Positions 46,343 through 59,879 of a DNA stretch of 64,000 nucleotides are shown here, one piece after another; positions within the stretch are counted from its first letter, which is position 1, and every line of letters starts with the position of its first letter. The stretch lies in assembly GCA_949291555.1 (NCBI GenBank), contig CASEWE010000009.1:111349-175348 (forward strand), in the 5' to 3' direction. The DNA comes from an uncultured Bacteroidales bacterium. Lineage in GTDB: Bacteria > Bacteroidota > Bacteroidia > Bacteroidales > P3. Under the pieces are notes generated by a model, which worked only from the letters and a program-made list of their open reading frames with translations, did not search any database and was not told the DNA's origin. Position numbers and translations under genes: made by a program.

Positions 46343-46810
46343 GATTTTAGTTTTGGTTTTTGGTTTACTTAATGTTTTTGTTTTCGAAAGACTTTTCGTT
46401 CCTTCCATAAAAAAGGTGTTGGTTAAACTTGGGGTTCCGGGCCGGACGAGGCTATGCCTTCCGCGGCATCCGGGGCCTCGTCCGCAGGCCGGCGTTTCCC
46501 GCAAAAGGGAGAAGCGAGGCTTGCAAAGCGAAACCGAAGCCTAAATTAGGAAAAGTTTTTGGAATGGCAAGGCGGGAACCGGGATAATTTTTCAAGAATT
46601 TTTACAATCCTTGTTCCGGCGGATGGAATCTTTTCAATGCCAATGTTTTCTCTGGAAAACCTTTTGGAGGGGGCTGTCGGAGACAGGCTCGGAAGGGTCC
46701 TTCCGAAGGGTTCCGTGTAGCGTCGCGAGCGGGAAACGCGGGAAGCAGCTTTGCGCGGCAGGCGGATTCTGCGGCAAGCGGGGATGCCGGCCCCGCCGGA
46801 AAGGTAAAAA

Positions 46811-46850
46811 GCGGAAAAGGCGTGCTTTTGCACGCCTTTTCCGCTTTCTG
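46811..46850 (-). terminator. rho-independent terminator after nifJ
   Basis: 15-bp stem GCGGAAAAGGCGTGC-tttt-GCACGCCTTTTCCGC. On the - strand it is followed by TTTTTACC. Lies ~110 nt downstream of the stop. Confidence 0.75.
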
Positions 46851-46955
46851 GCTTTTGCTGGAAGCCGGTTCCCGGCACAGCGCAGCCGCAAAATGTGTCC
46901 GGAAACGGATCGGAAGCCCGGCTCGGGTTCCGGCCCGTTCCCGGCAGGGAGGGGG

Positions 46956-50510
<3,555 letters not shown>

Positions 50511-50561
50511 GATTATAAGGTTTTTGCTTTCAGGTTTCTGGATTGGGACGGAAAACGAGCG

Positions 50562-50569
50562 CAAAGATA
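50562..50569 (-). promoter_or_regulatory. Bacteroidota -7 promoter box (TATCTTTG on the - strand) for nifJ
   Basis: + strand caaagata, 52-59 nt upstream of ATG 50510. Confidence 0.45.
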
Positions 50570-50661
50570 CATCTTTTTGGCTTTCCGGCATTAGCCGGCC
50601 CGGACTTGCGGATTGGTCGATTTTTTTTAAGATTTTTTCATTGTTGTATTAAAATTTTTCA

Positions 50662-50669
50662 TACCTTTG
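50662..50669 (+). promoter_or_regulatory. Bacteroidota -7 promoter box TACCTTTG (+ strand), divergent from nifJ
   Basis: Lies in an AT-rich patch with TTG ~19 nt upstream. A second TATTTTTG is at 50691-50698. The nearest confident + strand gene starts ~560 nt downstream. Confidence 0.4.
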
Positions 50670-51226
50670 GAAAAACACATATCAGGAAGTTATTTTTGGT
50701 GGCATAGGGCTGAAAACATAACATAACGATAACAAACCCGCAAAAAAGAAGCGAGCATTTCTACCGTTGCATATAATAGGGTATGCCAGAGAAGAGGGTG
50801 CGGGAAAAACATATCGGTCATGGTTCGTATTCTGCATGTATTGCAATCGGTCGGTCCGGATCTTGGTGCTGGATGCCAACGAAAGAGTGGAGCAAAGCAG
50901 CCGGGAGACGGCGCGTTTGCTGGGCTTGGAACGTCCGCGGCAATTGGCAGACCTTTCCAAGGCGGACGATTTGGTCAAGGTGATTCGGGGCTTGGCTCCT
51001 GGCGGCAAGCAGACGTGTCTTTTCAGAATAATCGCGGCAAAGCGGAGCTTTTCATCTGCCTTTCGGTGGTGGACATGCCCAGGGGGCTTGTGCATCTTGG
51101 TATTGAACGATATCGCGAGTTTGATGAACAGAGGAAGAAGAGCTGCAATCCTTTTCGTTGGAGGGTCAAAGGTTGATGGCGGGAACAGGGAGGACGAAAT
51201 GTTAGGCCTTGAAAATAGTGCCAAGC

Positions 51227-53710
51227 ATGGACAAAAAGGATGAGGCGATGAAGGGAGAAAATACGTATAAGGCCATTATGGCCTGCCTGGCAGGGTTGTT
51301 AGGTGGTTTGCTTCCTGCTTTCGGGCAGGAAGTCCTGAAAATAGAGGGGTGCGTGCGGGACAGCCTTGGGGATGCCGTGCCTTATGCCACGGTGGTCCTG
51401 TGGCAGGGGGCGGGAGAGGTTGCCGGGCAGACTTTGCTGGGAGCGGCGGACAGTTTGAAACTTGTTGGTGGCAGCGTGACGGATACCAGCGGCTATTACA
51501 GGTTGGAGGTGCCGGAACCGGGGCGGTATCTGTTGCAATGCAAGCATATCGTGTACCGGAGCGTTTGGCAGGAAGCGGAAATAGGTTTCGATTCCGGAGA
51601 TTTGGACTTTGTCATGGTGCCTGATAGCGAGATGTTGGAGGAAGTGGAGGTGAAAGGTACCCGGATACGGTTCACGGCAGGGGAGTACAAGATAAACCTG
51701 TCGGAATCCTCAGTGGTCAAGAACCGGACGATGAGCGAGACGCTCAACCTTCTGCCGGGCCTGGTCTACAAGGACGGGAAACTGCTCCTGGACGGGCAGG
51801 CGGTGTCGATTATCTATCTGGACGGGCGGGAATTGCAGAGCGCGGAGCAACTGAGGTGGCTTAACGGGGAGGATATCGAGAATGTGGAAGTCCAGAACCA
51901 GGCAGGCAGTGCCTATTCATCCACCTTGCGTGGCGGGATAGTGCGGATAGAGACCAAGAAGAAGTAAGGCTATTCGTTGGATTTGATCCTGAATCCCTAT
52001 TATGGCCCGAGTGCGAAGAAAGCGGACAGTTATGGGGGTAGCGTCATTATGCCATTCTATTTGCGCACAGGAAAATTCAGTCTGTCTAACGAGGCGAGCT
52101 ACCGTCATCATGCCGGGGATGGCATTCAAAACGAAGATGCTGCCTATCATGAGGACGGGTATGGCTTGTCAACGGTTCAGAGGTCGAGGCTTCGTCACAA
52201 TACATTCAAGGATTACCTGACGATGGCTTATGAGATAGATGAAAGGAAGACAGTGGGCTTGGTCGGGGCGGTTTATTTCAGTGCGTCCCGGAACAGGATC
52301 CGTTCCGCATCGCATCCTGTAGCGCTGCCAGGAGGGACTCCCGACGGGCTTGGCTATGAGGAATCCCGATATTCGTTGGACGAGAATAGCAAGAACCTGA
52401 GCTACCTGCTGGCTGTGGATTATTCCCAAGTGTTCGATTCCTTGGGGTCGAGGCTTTCCGTCAAGGCGGACTACCTGTATAATTCCTTGAAAAGCGATGG
52501 CCTGTACAGGACGGAATGGCTGGACGGGGAAGCCGCTTCTTTGGGCGAGGAAGTGTATCGGCAGCATGCGCCCTTGACGGAAAACAACACGACGGCACGT
52601 CTGGATTACAGCCATGTGTTCCGAGCGGGGAGAGCCTTGAACGTGGGCATGACGTACGATGGGAAGTTCGCCGCCGATGCGTTCCGTACGGAAATATGGC
52701 GCGGAGGGGCATGGCAAGACGACCCGGAGCAGTCGGGCCGGTACGGCATACAGACCAACCAGGCTACAGCCTACGCGATATATAAGGACAATTATGGCAA
52801 GTTTTCTTACTCGGTGGGGGCGAGCGTGCAATGGGACGGTCTTTTGTCGGAAGATGCCGCTGGGAACAGGTTTTCGAACCGGAACTACGTGCAGCCATTT
52901 GCCAATGTCAGCCTTGGGTACCAATTCAATCCGCAGCGAGGGACGGGCTTAAGCTTGGACCTGAGCCGTTATTCGGGCGGGATGCCTACATACAAGCAGT
53001 TGTCTCATAGGGCGGTGCGGCTTACAGAGAATATATACACGGTGGGGAACGAAAAATTGCGTTTGCCGACCGGGTATTCGGCTTCGCTGACCTATATGCT
53101 CAGAGGTCAGTGGCGGTTCGTGTACGGGTTCAGCGCAGGGAACGGGAACATTTACAACATCACGGCTTACGACCCGGCGACAGGCATCACGTGGCAAAGC
53201 CCCCGGAACGGGAATTGGGAATACGGGCATGACTTGAGAGCGAGCTGGGACAAGGAGATAACCGATTGGCTGTATATGGGTTTGATGGTGGGCGGAATTT
53301 ATCTGGATCAGTCGTATTCGGATGTTTCCGGAAATTATCGCCATGAGACGGTCGTGGGGCTGGCCTCTGCCAATGTGAATTTCCAGGTATTGCCAAGCAT
53401 GGGGATAGGTTTGAACTTGTACTATACCAGCCCGATATCGATGATTGGAGAAAAGACCAACCATGATTTGACCGGGAACGTATCCGTATACAAGACTTTT
53501 TGCGATGGAAATTTGTACTTGGGACTGGAGGGGTATTTCAGGGGCTGGGATGTGGTGGTTACAGCGAGGGAACTCGATGGGTCGTACCAGAATACAATCC
53601 GGTATTACAATCCGTTTGTGCAGAGCCTGTATTTGACGCTTCGGTGGAGGTTTTCTCGTAATTCACAGGATTTTAAGCTGATACGAGCAACGCAGCGAAT
53701 CGGGCAATGA
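51227..53710 (+). pseudogene. CarboxypepD_reg + plug + beta-barrel outer-membrane receptor (TonB-dependent-receptor-like) interrupted by one in-frame TAA
   Basis: ORFs 51209-51967 and 51977-53710 share one frame, separated only by TAA at 51965-51967 plus three sense codons. The first part has a signal peptide, CarboxypepD_reg (VLKIEGCVRDSLGDAVPYATVVL) and a plug ending GGIVRIETKKK. The second part is barrel-like with alternating aromatic strands. Start ATG 51227 or 51248. Confidence 0.6.
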
Positions 53711-54016
53711 TACCGGCGTTTGCCGGCCCCGGAACCATTTTTCACATTCTGCTTGGGCAGGAAATCTCCTGCCGTGAAATTGGACAAGTACTTTTCCCTT
53801 CCTTGCGGGATTTTATTTTTTTTTGCTTCCTTTGCGTTTGCACAAAGACGGGATGAGGCTCGGCCATGGCTGTTCGGGCAAGCGCTTTCGGCGTATGGCC
53901 GGAGGGGCAAGCCGTGGAGAGAAGCGGCGGGCAGGGCTTGGCTGCTGCTTTGCGCATGGGGTCGAACACTTCACTACACGAGAACTTCAATATAAAATTT
54001 AACAGGAAAAGGAATC

Positions 54017-55405
54017 ATGAAGAAGAAAATGCTTACCATGGCTGCTGCGGCTGCCGTTGCCTTCAGCGCCGGGCTGCAGGCCCAGAGCTTAGGCCCGGAG
54101 GAATTGGGCCGGTTGCAGGAAAGTTTCGTTCTGGACGCTCCTTCCCGGGCCATCCAGAATGTGCTGACGGGCGATGCCAATATACGCGGCTTGGCGTTGA
54201 ACCGGGAAAAACAGGGGAAAATCGACCACTATTTCAAGTATAGGGTCGATGTGAAAGGCATTACCGATCAAAAGCAGTCGGGCCGGTGCTGGATGTTCAC
54301 GTCCATGAACGTGCTCAGGCCGGGGGTCATGGAAAAATACCGGATCGACCACTTCGATTTTTCGCACAATTACCTTTATTTCTACGACATCCTTGAAAAG
54401 GCCAACCTCTTCCTCGAAAACGTTATCCGCACGGCCAAGCGCGACATCGGCGACCGGGAGGTCATGACGCTTTTCGGTTCGCCCGTGAACGATGGCGGCG
54501 TATGGAATCTCTATTTCAACCTTGCGGCCAAATACGGCGTGGTCCCGGCCGAGGTCATGCCCGAAACCGCCCATTCGGACAATACCGCCCAGATGATCGG
54601 TCTGGTCAACGAAAGCCTGAGGCGTACCGGCATGCAGATGCGCCATTCGGCCGAAGCGGGCGCCAAGGTGGACGCTTTGCGCCAGCGCAAGATGGAAGGG
54701 CTGGAAGACGTCTACCGGATTCTCGCCCTTTGCTTAGGCGAGCCGCCGGCCAAGTTCACTTGGCGGTACAAGGATGCGGATGGCAATATCCGGGAATTGA
54801 AGGATTGCACGCCTTTGCAGTTCCATGCCGAAATCACGCCCGAAGGGTATACGCCCGACAACTACATCATGATCATGAACGACCCGACCCGTCCTTATTA
54901 TAAGGTATACGAGATACAGAATTACCGCAACAGCTACGAAGGGGTCAACTGGGTTTACCTGAACCTTCCCAACGATGCCATCAAGAAGGCGGCGCTGGCT
55001 TCTATAAAGAACAACGAGGCCATGTACGCTTCTTGCGATGTGGGCAAGCAGTTCGACTCCAAGAAAGGGATTTCCGACCCGGGCTTGTACGACTACTCGT
55101 CTCTGCTGGGCGTGGACTTGGATATGGACAAGGCCGACCGCATCTGGAGCCGCCAGAGCGGTTCGAGCCATGCCATGACGTTGGTGGGCTGCGATGTGGA
55201 TCAGGACGGGAACCCGGTGAAATGGGAGTTCGAGAATAGCTGGGGGCCTTCGGCAGGCAACAACGGTTACATAACCTTTACCGACGAGTGGTTCGACGAG
55301 TACATGTTCCGCTTGGTTATCCGCAAGGCTTACTTGGAACAAGAGGCGGTCGATGCGCTGGATTCCAAGCCGGTGCAGCTTCCCATGTGGGATTTCATGT
55401 TTTGA
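54017..55405 (+). CDS. pepC: aminopeptidase C / bleomycin hydrolase-type C1 cysteine peptidase (with signal peptide)
   Basis: 462 aa. Catalytic Cys context QKQSGRCWMFTSMNVLR and HAMTLVG. Confidence 0.92.
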   Translation: MKKKMLTMAAAAAVAFSAGLQAQSLGPEELGRLQESFVLDAPSRAIQNVLTGDANIRGLALNREKQGKIDHYFKYRVDVKGITDQKQSGRCWMFTSMNVLRPGVMEKYRIDHFDFSHNYLYFYDILEKANLFLENVIRTAKRDIGDREVMTLFGSPVNDGGVWNLYFNLAAKYGVVPAEVMPETAHSDNTAQMIGLVNESLRRTGMQMRHSAEAGAKVDALRQRKMEGLEDVYRILALCLGEPPAKFTWRYKDADGNIRELKDCTPLQFHAEITPEGYTPDNYIMIMNDPTRPYYKVYEIQNYRNSYEGVNWVYLNLPNDAIKKAALASIKNNEAMYASCDVGKQFDSKKGISDPGLYDYSSLLGVDLDMDKADRIWSRQSGSSHAMTLVGCDVDQDGNPVKWEFENSWGPSAGNNGYITFTDEWFDEYMFRLVIRKAYLEQEAVDALDSKPVQLPMWDFMF

Positions 55406-55513
55406 GCCGGGCATGATGCACGGCAGGGCTTGCGCCTCGTCTGCAGCCTTGACCGGAAAGGGTCTCGCGCGGATTTAAACGGATTCTTAATTTTTTTATT
55501 GGACGCGACTCCC

Positions 55514-55521
55514 TATCTTTG
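55514..55521 (+). promoter_or_regulatory. Bacteroidota -7 promoter box TATCTTTG
   Basis: The ccctatctttgctttccttg context is nearly identical to the box at 60635. Lies ~150 nt upstream of ATG 55669. Confidence 0.4.
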
Positions 55522-55668
55522 CTTTCCTTGACCGGCGTTTCCATGGCAGGCGGTGCCTGCTTCCGGAATGTTTCCCGGCAGATGGCCGCGGGTGCGGCTG
55601 CCTGCCGGGAAAGGAGAGCGTTGCGCCGGAAACTTGGATGATGCGTTGGAAACTTGAATGAAAAGAAA

Positions 55669-56736
55669 ATGATGCGAACGAGAAAACTTGGCGGTTTGTT
55701 TTTCTTTCTCCTCCTGCTTGCGGGAAGCCGTCTCCAAGGCCAGGAGAGGAAGTCCTACGAGCTGGGCATGGTGGGTTTTTACAACCTGGAGAACCTTTTC
55801 GATACCATAGACGACCCTGCTGTCAACGACGAGGAGTTCCTCCCTCGGGGCAGTTACGGGTGGAACGGAACCAAATACCGCGACAAGCTGCATAACCTTT
55901 CGGAGGTCATAGCCCGGATGGGCACCGACGAGATTGCGGGTTACCCCTTGCATTGCCCCGATATCCTGGGGGTGAGCGAGGTGGAGAACCGCCGGGTTCT
56001 GGAAGACTTGGTCTCCCAGCCGGCTTTGGCGGGTTACGGTTTCGGAATCGTGCATTACGACGGGCCGGATGCGCGCGGGGTGGATGTGGGTCTGATTTAC
56101 AAGAAGGACAAGTTCCGGGTGCTTTCCAGCCGTTCTTACCGTTTGCACGACCCGGATGATCCCGGTTTCAAGACCCGCGACCAGCTTCTGGTGTCGGGTT
56201 TGTATATGGGGGACACGCTTCATTTGATAGTCAATCACTGGCCTTCCCGTCTGGGCGGGGAAAGGCGGAGTTCCCCCAAGCGGGAAAAGGCCGCGGCTTT
56301 GTCCCGTTCGGTGGTCGACAGCCTTCTTGCCGCCAATCCCCAGGCCAAAGTCATCGTGATGGGGGATTTCAACGACGACCCCTACAACAATAGCGTGACC
56401 CAGGTGATGAACGCGCCCGAGGAGGACGATTACAGGAAGCTGGAGCCGGGCCAGATGTTCAATGCTTCTTACGGATTGTACAAGCGGGGTGTCGGGACGC
56501 TTTGTTACCGCGGACGGTGGAATCTCTTCGACCAGATGCTCCTTACGCAGGCCTTGGTGGGGAAAGACCGTTCGAGCCTGAAATTTTTCGGATTCCGCAT
56601 CTATAACGACCCTTCGCTTTTGCAGAAGAGCGGCCGGTATGCCGGTTATCCTTTGCGCACGCATGCTGGAGGAGTGTATCTGAACGGCTATAGCGACCAT
56701 TTCCCGGTATTTACCGTGTTCATCAAGGAGAAATAG
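55669..56736 (+). CDS. secreted endonuclease/exonuclease/phosphatase (EEP) family protein
   Basis: 355 aa from ATG 55669 (track start 55654 is TTG). Signal peptide. Motifs FYNLENLFD, VNHWPSR, MGDFND and SDHFPV. Confidence 0.85.
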   Translation: MMRTRKLGGLFFFLLLLAGSRLQGQERKSYELGMVGFYNLENLFDTIDDPAVNDEEFLPRGSYGWNGTKYRDKLHNLSEVIARMGTDEIAGYPLHCPDILGVSEVENRRVLEDLVSQPALAGYGFGIVHYDGPDARGVDVGLIYKKDKFRVLSSRSYRLHDPDDPGFKTRDQLLVSGLYMGDTLHLIVNHWPSRLGGERRSSPKREKAAALSRSVVDSLLAANPQAKVIVMGDFNDDPYNNSVTQVMNAPEEDDYRKLEPGQMFNASYGLYKRGVGTLCYRGRWNLFDQMLLTQALVGKDRSSLKFFGFRIYNDPSLLQKSGRYAGYPLRTHAGGVYLNGYSDHFPVFTVFIKEK

Positions 56737-56785
56737 GCAGGTTGGATCGAAGGCGAAGCCCTTGCGGCGGCCCCGCAAGGGGAAA

Positions 56786-56829
56786 GCCCCGGTTCCCGGA
56801 CGGAGACGCTTGGGAACCGGGGCTTTTTT
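56786..56829 (+). terminator. rho-independent terminator
   Basis: GCCCCGGTTCCC-(14 nt)-GGGAACCGGGGC followed by TTTTTT. Confidence 0.7.
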
Positions 56830-56994
56830 GAGCCGGGACGGGGTACGGAAACGAGCCGGAAAGCCGCGGAAATGGGGCGGGCCGGATTTTTTTTCGTACT
56901 TTCGTGTTCATTTTCCGGGGAAAAAGGCTGTTGCCATCGGGAAGGGCCATGGCGGTTCCCGGATTCAGCCAGGCAAATAAAAAAAACAGGAGAT

Positions 56995-58302
56995 ATGCTT
57001 TCACAAATGAAAATCGTTTCGGCCGAAGAAGCGGTCAAGGCAATCAAGTCGGGAGACCGGGTCCATATCCATGCCATCGGGTGCGCTCCCCAGAAATTGA
57101 TTCAGGCCATGTGCGAGCGGGGCCGCCGCGGAGAGTTGAAGGATGTCCGCATCCAGCATTTGCACACCGAAGGCCCGGCTCCCTACACGGAACCGGAATT
57201 CGAGGGGGTTTTCCTTTTGGAATCGTTTTTTGCCGGAGCCAACGTGCGCAAGAACACGCAGGCCGGGTATGCGGATTACATACCGGGTTTCCTTCAGGAT
57301 ACCCAAAGGCTGATCCGCGAGGGCTATTGCCGTCCGCAGGTGGCCTTGATACAGGTTTCTCCTCCCGACAAGCACGGGTATGTGTCGTTGGGCTGTTCGG
57401 TCGATGCCACGTTGGCCGCGGTGGAAACGGCCGATACGGTCATTGCCACGATCAACCCCAAGATGCCGCGTTCGTTCGGGGATGCCCTTATCCCGATGGA
57501 CATGATCGACATCTTCACCGAAGACGATACCCCTTTGATGACGGCCAATTTCGCCCAGCCCTCGCCCGAAGAGGAGAAAATCGGGAAATACGTTTCCGAG
57601 CTGATTGAAGACGGGGCCACGTTGCAGATGGGCATCGGCTCCATTCCCAATGCGGTATTGTCGCAATTGGGCGGGCACAAGAACTTGGGCATCCATACCG
57701 AAATGTTTGCCGACGGGGTGCTGCAGCTTGTCCGCAAAGGGGTGATAAACGGCTTGAACAAGAAGATAGACCGCGGCAAGATTGTTTCCACCTTCGTTAT
57801 GGGCAGCCAGGAAGTGTACGATTTCCTCGATGACAATCCCGGTGTGGCCATGATGGATGTGGGCTATACCAACAACGAGTTCATCATTGCCAAGAACCCC
57901 AAAGTGACGGCCATCAATTCGGCTTTGCAAATCGATTTGACGGGGCAGGTCTGCGCCGATTCGCTGGGGACGAAGTTCTATTCGGGCGTGGGCGGCCAGG
58001 TGGATTTTATCCGGGGGGCTTCGCTGAGCGAAGGCGGGAAGCCGATTATTGCCATGCAGTCGGTAACCAACAAGGGGATAAGCAAAATCGCCCCGGTACT
58101 GGCTTCCGGAGCGGGCGTGGTGACTACCCGGGCGCATGTGCAATGGGTGGTTACGGAGTACGGCGCGGTGAACCTCTACGGGAAAACCATGCAGGAAAGA
58201 GCCAAGATGCTGATTTCCATTGCGCATCCTGATCATCGCGAGGAACTCGACCGGGCTGCGTTCGAACGTTTCGGCCCGCATTTCCATTTCGTTTCCCGGT
58301 AG
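56995..58302 (+). CDS. acetyl-CoA hydrolase/transferase family protein (4-hydroxybutyrate/butyryl-CoA:acetate CoA-transferase-like)
   Basis: 435 aa from ATG 56995 (MLSQMKIVSAEEAVKAIKSGDRV...). GGQVDFIRGA and GIHTEMF motifs typical of the family. Confidence 0.9.
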   Translation: MLSQMKIVSAEEAVKAIKSGDRVHIHAIGCAPQKLIQAMCERGRRGELKDVRIQHLHTEGPAPYTEPEFEGVFLLESFFAGANVRKNTQAGYADYIPGFLQDTQRLIREGYCRPQVALIQVSPPDKHGYVSLGCSVDATLAAVETADTVIATINPKMPRSFGDALIPMDMIDIFTEDDTPLMTANFAQPSPEEEKIGKYVSELIEDGATLQMGIGSIPNAVLSQLGGHKNLGIHTEMFADGVLQLVRKGVINGLNKKIDRGKIVSTFVMGSQEVYDFLDDNPGVAMMDVGYTNNEFIIAKNPKVTAINSALQIDLTGQVCADSLGTKFYSGVGGQVDFIRGASLSEGGKPIIAMQSVTNKGISKIAPVLASGAGVVTTRAHVQWVVTEYGAVNLYGKTMQERAKMLISIAHPDHREELDRAAFERFGPHFHFVSR

Positions 58303-58401
58303 GGAGGGGCTGTTTGCCTTTTTCCGGGGCATCGGGTCTCTCTTGGGGGAGGCCGGATGTGGAGGCCGGAAGCCGGACGAGAATCCGGGATGACGTTTTT
58401 T

Positions 58402-58446
58402 GCCTTTGGCTTTGCGTGCAGGCGCGGCAGAGCCAAAGGCTTTTTT
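58402..58446 (+). terminator. rho-independent terminator
   Basis: GCCTTTGGCT-(19 nt)-AGCCAAAGGC followed by TTTTTT, ~100 nt after the stop at 58302. Confidence 0.55.
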
Positions 58447-58639
58447 CTTCTCCGGTTTTTTCCCGGCGGGTCCGCTTGTTTTGCGGGTTCGCTTGTTTTA
58501 AATCCCGTCTGGAATGAACGCGGGGCCTCGGCATGGTCGAAGCAAGGTTTTGCCTTTGCGCCCGGCTTGCGCTTCCTGCTTTCTGCCCGGCCTGCCGGGC
58601 CGCCCGGATTTTCCAGCAGTTTTTTCGGGAAGAAAGCGG

Positions 58640-59545
58640 CTAAAACCGGAGGCAGGCATGCAGGATGCCGATAAGGAGGATAGTCAGGAAGCAGGCTTCG
58701 CGGAAAAACCTGTTTTTCCCTTTTTCGAGGAATTTCGTGCAGAAAAACGCGACGGGGAAGAGCAGGAAGAAGCGCTCGGAAAGCGGCGTTCCGGAAATGG
58801 TGAAAAAAATCGTGAAATAGAAAAGCATTACCGCCAAAGCCGAGGATTTGTGTCGTTCCGAAATTTCCATGTCTTGGTGGTAGCGCCTGAAAGAAAGGAT
58901 GGAAACCATCGAGAAAGCCAGGCAGAGGGCGGTGAGCACAAGCGGGATCGTCTGCCCTTTCTGCCAAGGAAGGATGCCGAAAGAGAGGGCTTCCTGGCAG
59001 TCGACCCAGGGGATTCTGCCTTGGGAAAGGAAATGGGCGGCAAAGAGGAGCAAATAGGCCGAGCCGGCACCGATCAGGACGCAAGCCCATTCCCGCCAGC
59101 GGTTTCGCGAGTAGGCGATCAGAATGCAGAAGATGCAGGGGAGCGTGAAAAAAAGTTCCGGGAGGAGGAACGTGACGAGCCCCCAGAGGAAAGCGGTGTT
59201 GAAAATGGCAGGATAGGCATTGGGCTTCCCGCAGATTTCCAAGCTGCAATGCGTAATCAGCAGGCCCGCAGGGTAAAGCCAGGTGTCTACGGAAAATACA
59301 TGCAGGGCATGGACGTTTGCCAGGCAGAGGAAAACGATGCCCACGATGCCCGGGTTGCGGGAGAGCTGGTGCCGGGCCGCTATCCAGCTTGCTCCGGCCG
59401 AAGTGGCCAGCATCCATGCCCAGCTGGCCCATGCGGTCCCTTTCCCTTCGCTTGCGAACAAGTCCGGGCTCCAGAAGGCAACGGAAAGAGCCAGCAAGAG
59501 CAGGTATTGGGAAAGAGGGTTGTTTTGCGTTGCTTTCAGGAGCAT
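58640..59545 (-). CDS. polytopic membrane protein (hypothetical)
   Basis: 301 aa from ATG 59545, with ~8 hydrophobic helices. The 562-aa track ORF is an upstream extension. Confidence 0.6.
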   Translation of the reverse strand: MLLKATQNNPLSQYLLLLALSVAFWSPDLFASEGKGTAWASWAWMLATSAGASWIAARHQLSRNPGIVGIVFLCLANVHALHVFSVDTWLYPAGLLITHCSLEICGKPNAYPAIFNTAFLWGLVTFLLPELFFTLPCIFCILIAYSRNRWREWACVLIGAGSAYLLLFAAHFLSQGRIPWVDCQEALSFGILPWQKGQTIPLVLTALCLAFSMVSILSFRRYHQDMEISERHKSSALAVMLFYFTIFFTISGTPLSERFFLLFPVAFFCTKFLEKGKNRFFREACFLTILLIGILHACLRF

Positions 59546-59740
59546 GGCAGGAGGGTTTTTCGCTTGCAGGAAAGCACGAAAATACGAAAGCGATGCGAAA
59601 GTACGAAATGCGGGCGGGCCTTCCGGCGTGGCGGATCCGGGCATCCGACGCGCTTTTAGGGCAAGGGCGTCCCGTTGCCTGTTTGAATTTTTCCTGATGG
59701 TTTTTGCGTTCTGCAATTGCAGGGTTTTAGGCGGATTCTT

Positions 59741-59748
59741 AAATTTGT
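59741..59748 (+). promoter_or_regulatory. Bacteroidota -7 promoter box TAAATTTG
   Basis: 132 nt upstream of ATG 59880. Confidence 0.3.
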
Positions 59749-59879
59749 GAGGTTGCGGAAAAGGTCTGAGGGCTGGGCCTTCAGCCTTCGAGGGGTGTCC
59801 GGATGGTTGGGCAGTGATTGGGCAATGCTTGGATAATAGCGGTTTCCGGGTTGTTCCGGAGACCCGAACAGGGAATATT

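Noticed and set aside
50899-50914. B12-box-like sequence AGCCGGGAGACGGCGC upstream of the outer-membrane receptor (cobalamin riboswitch?)
   Set aside because: It matches only ~12/16 of the B12-box consensus as I remember it. The other core elements (GGUGNNAAUCC loop, CACUG...GGGAAG) are absent, and it lies ~320 nt from the start codon rather than adjacent to it.
50836-51176. Frameshifted response-regulator receiver pseudogene (RILVLDAN... in one frame, ...FICLSVVDMP... in another)
   Set aside because: The spacing between the putative acidic pocket and the DMP-like segment is too long (~70 versus ~45 residues). The phospho-acceptor position would be Val. The resemblance is probably fortuitous.
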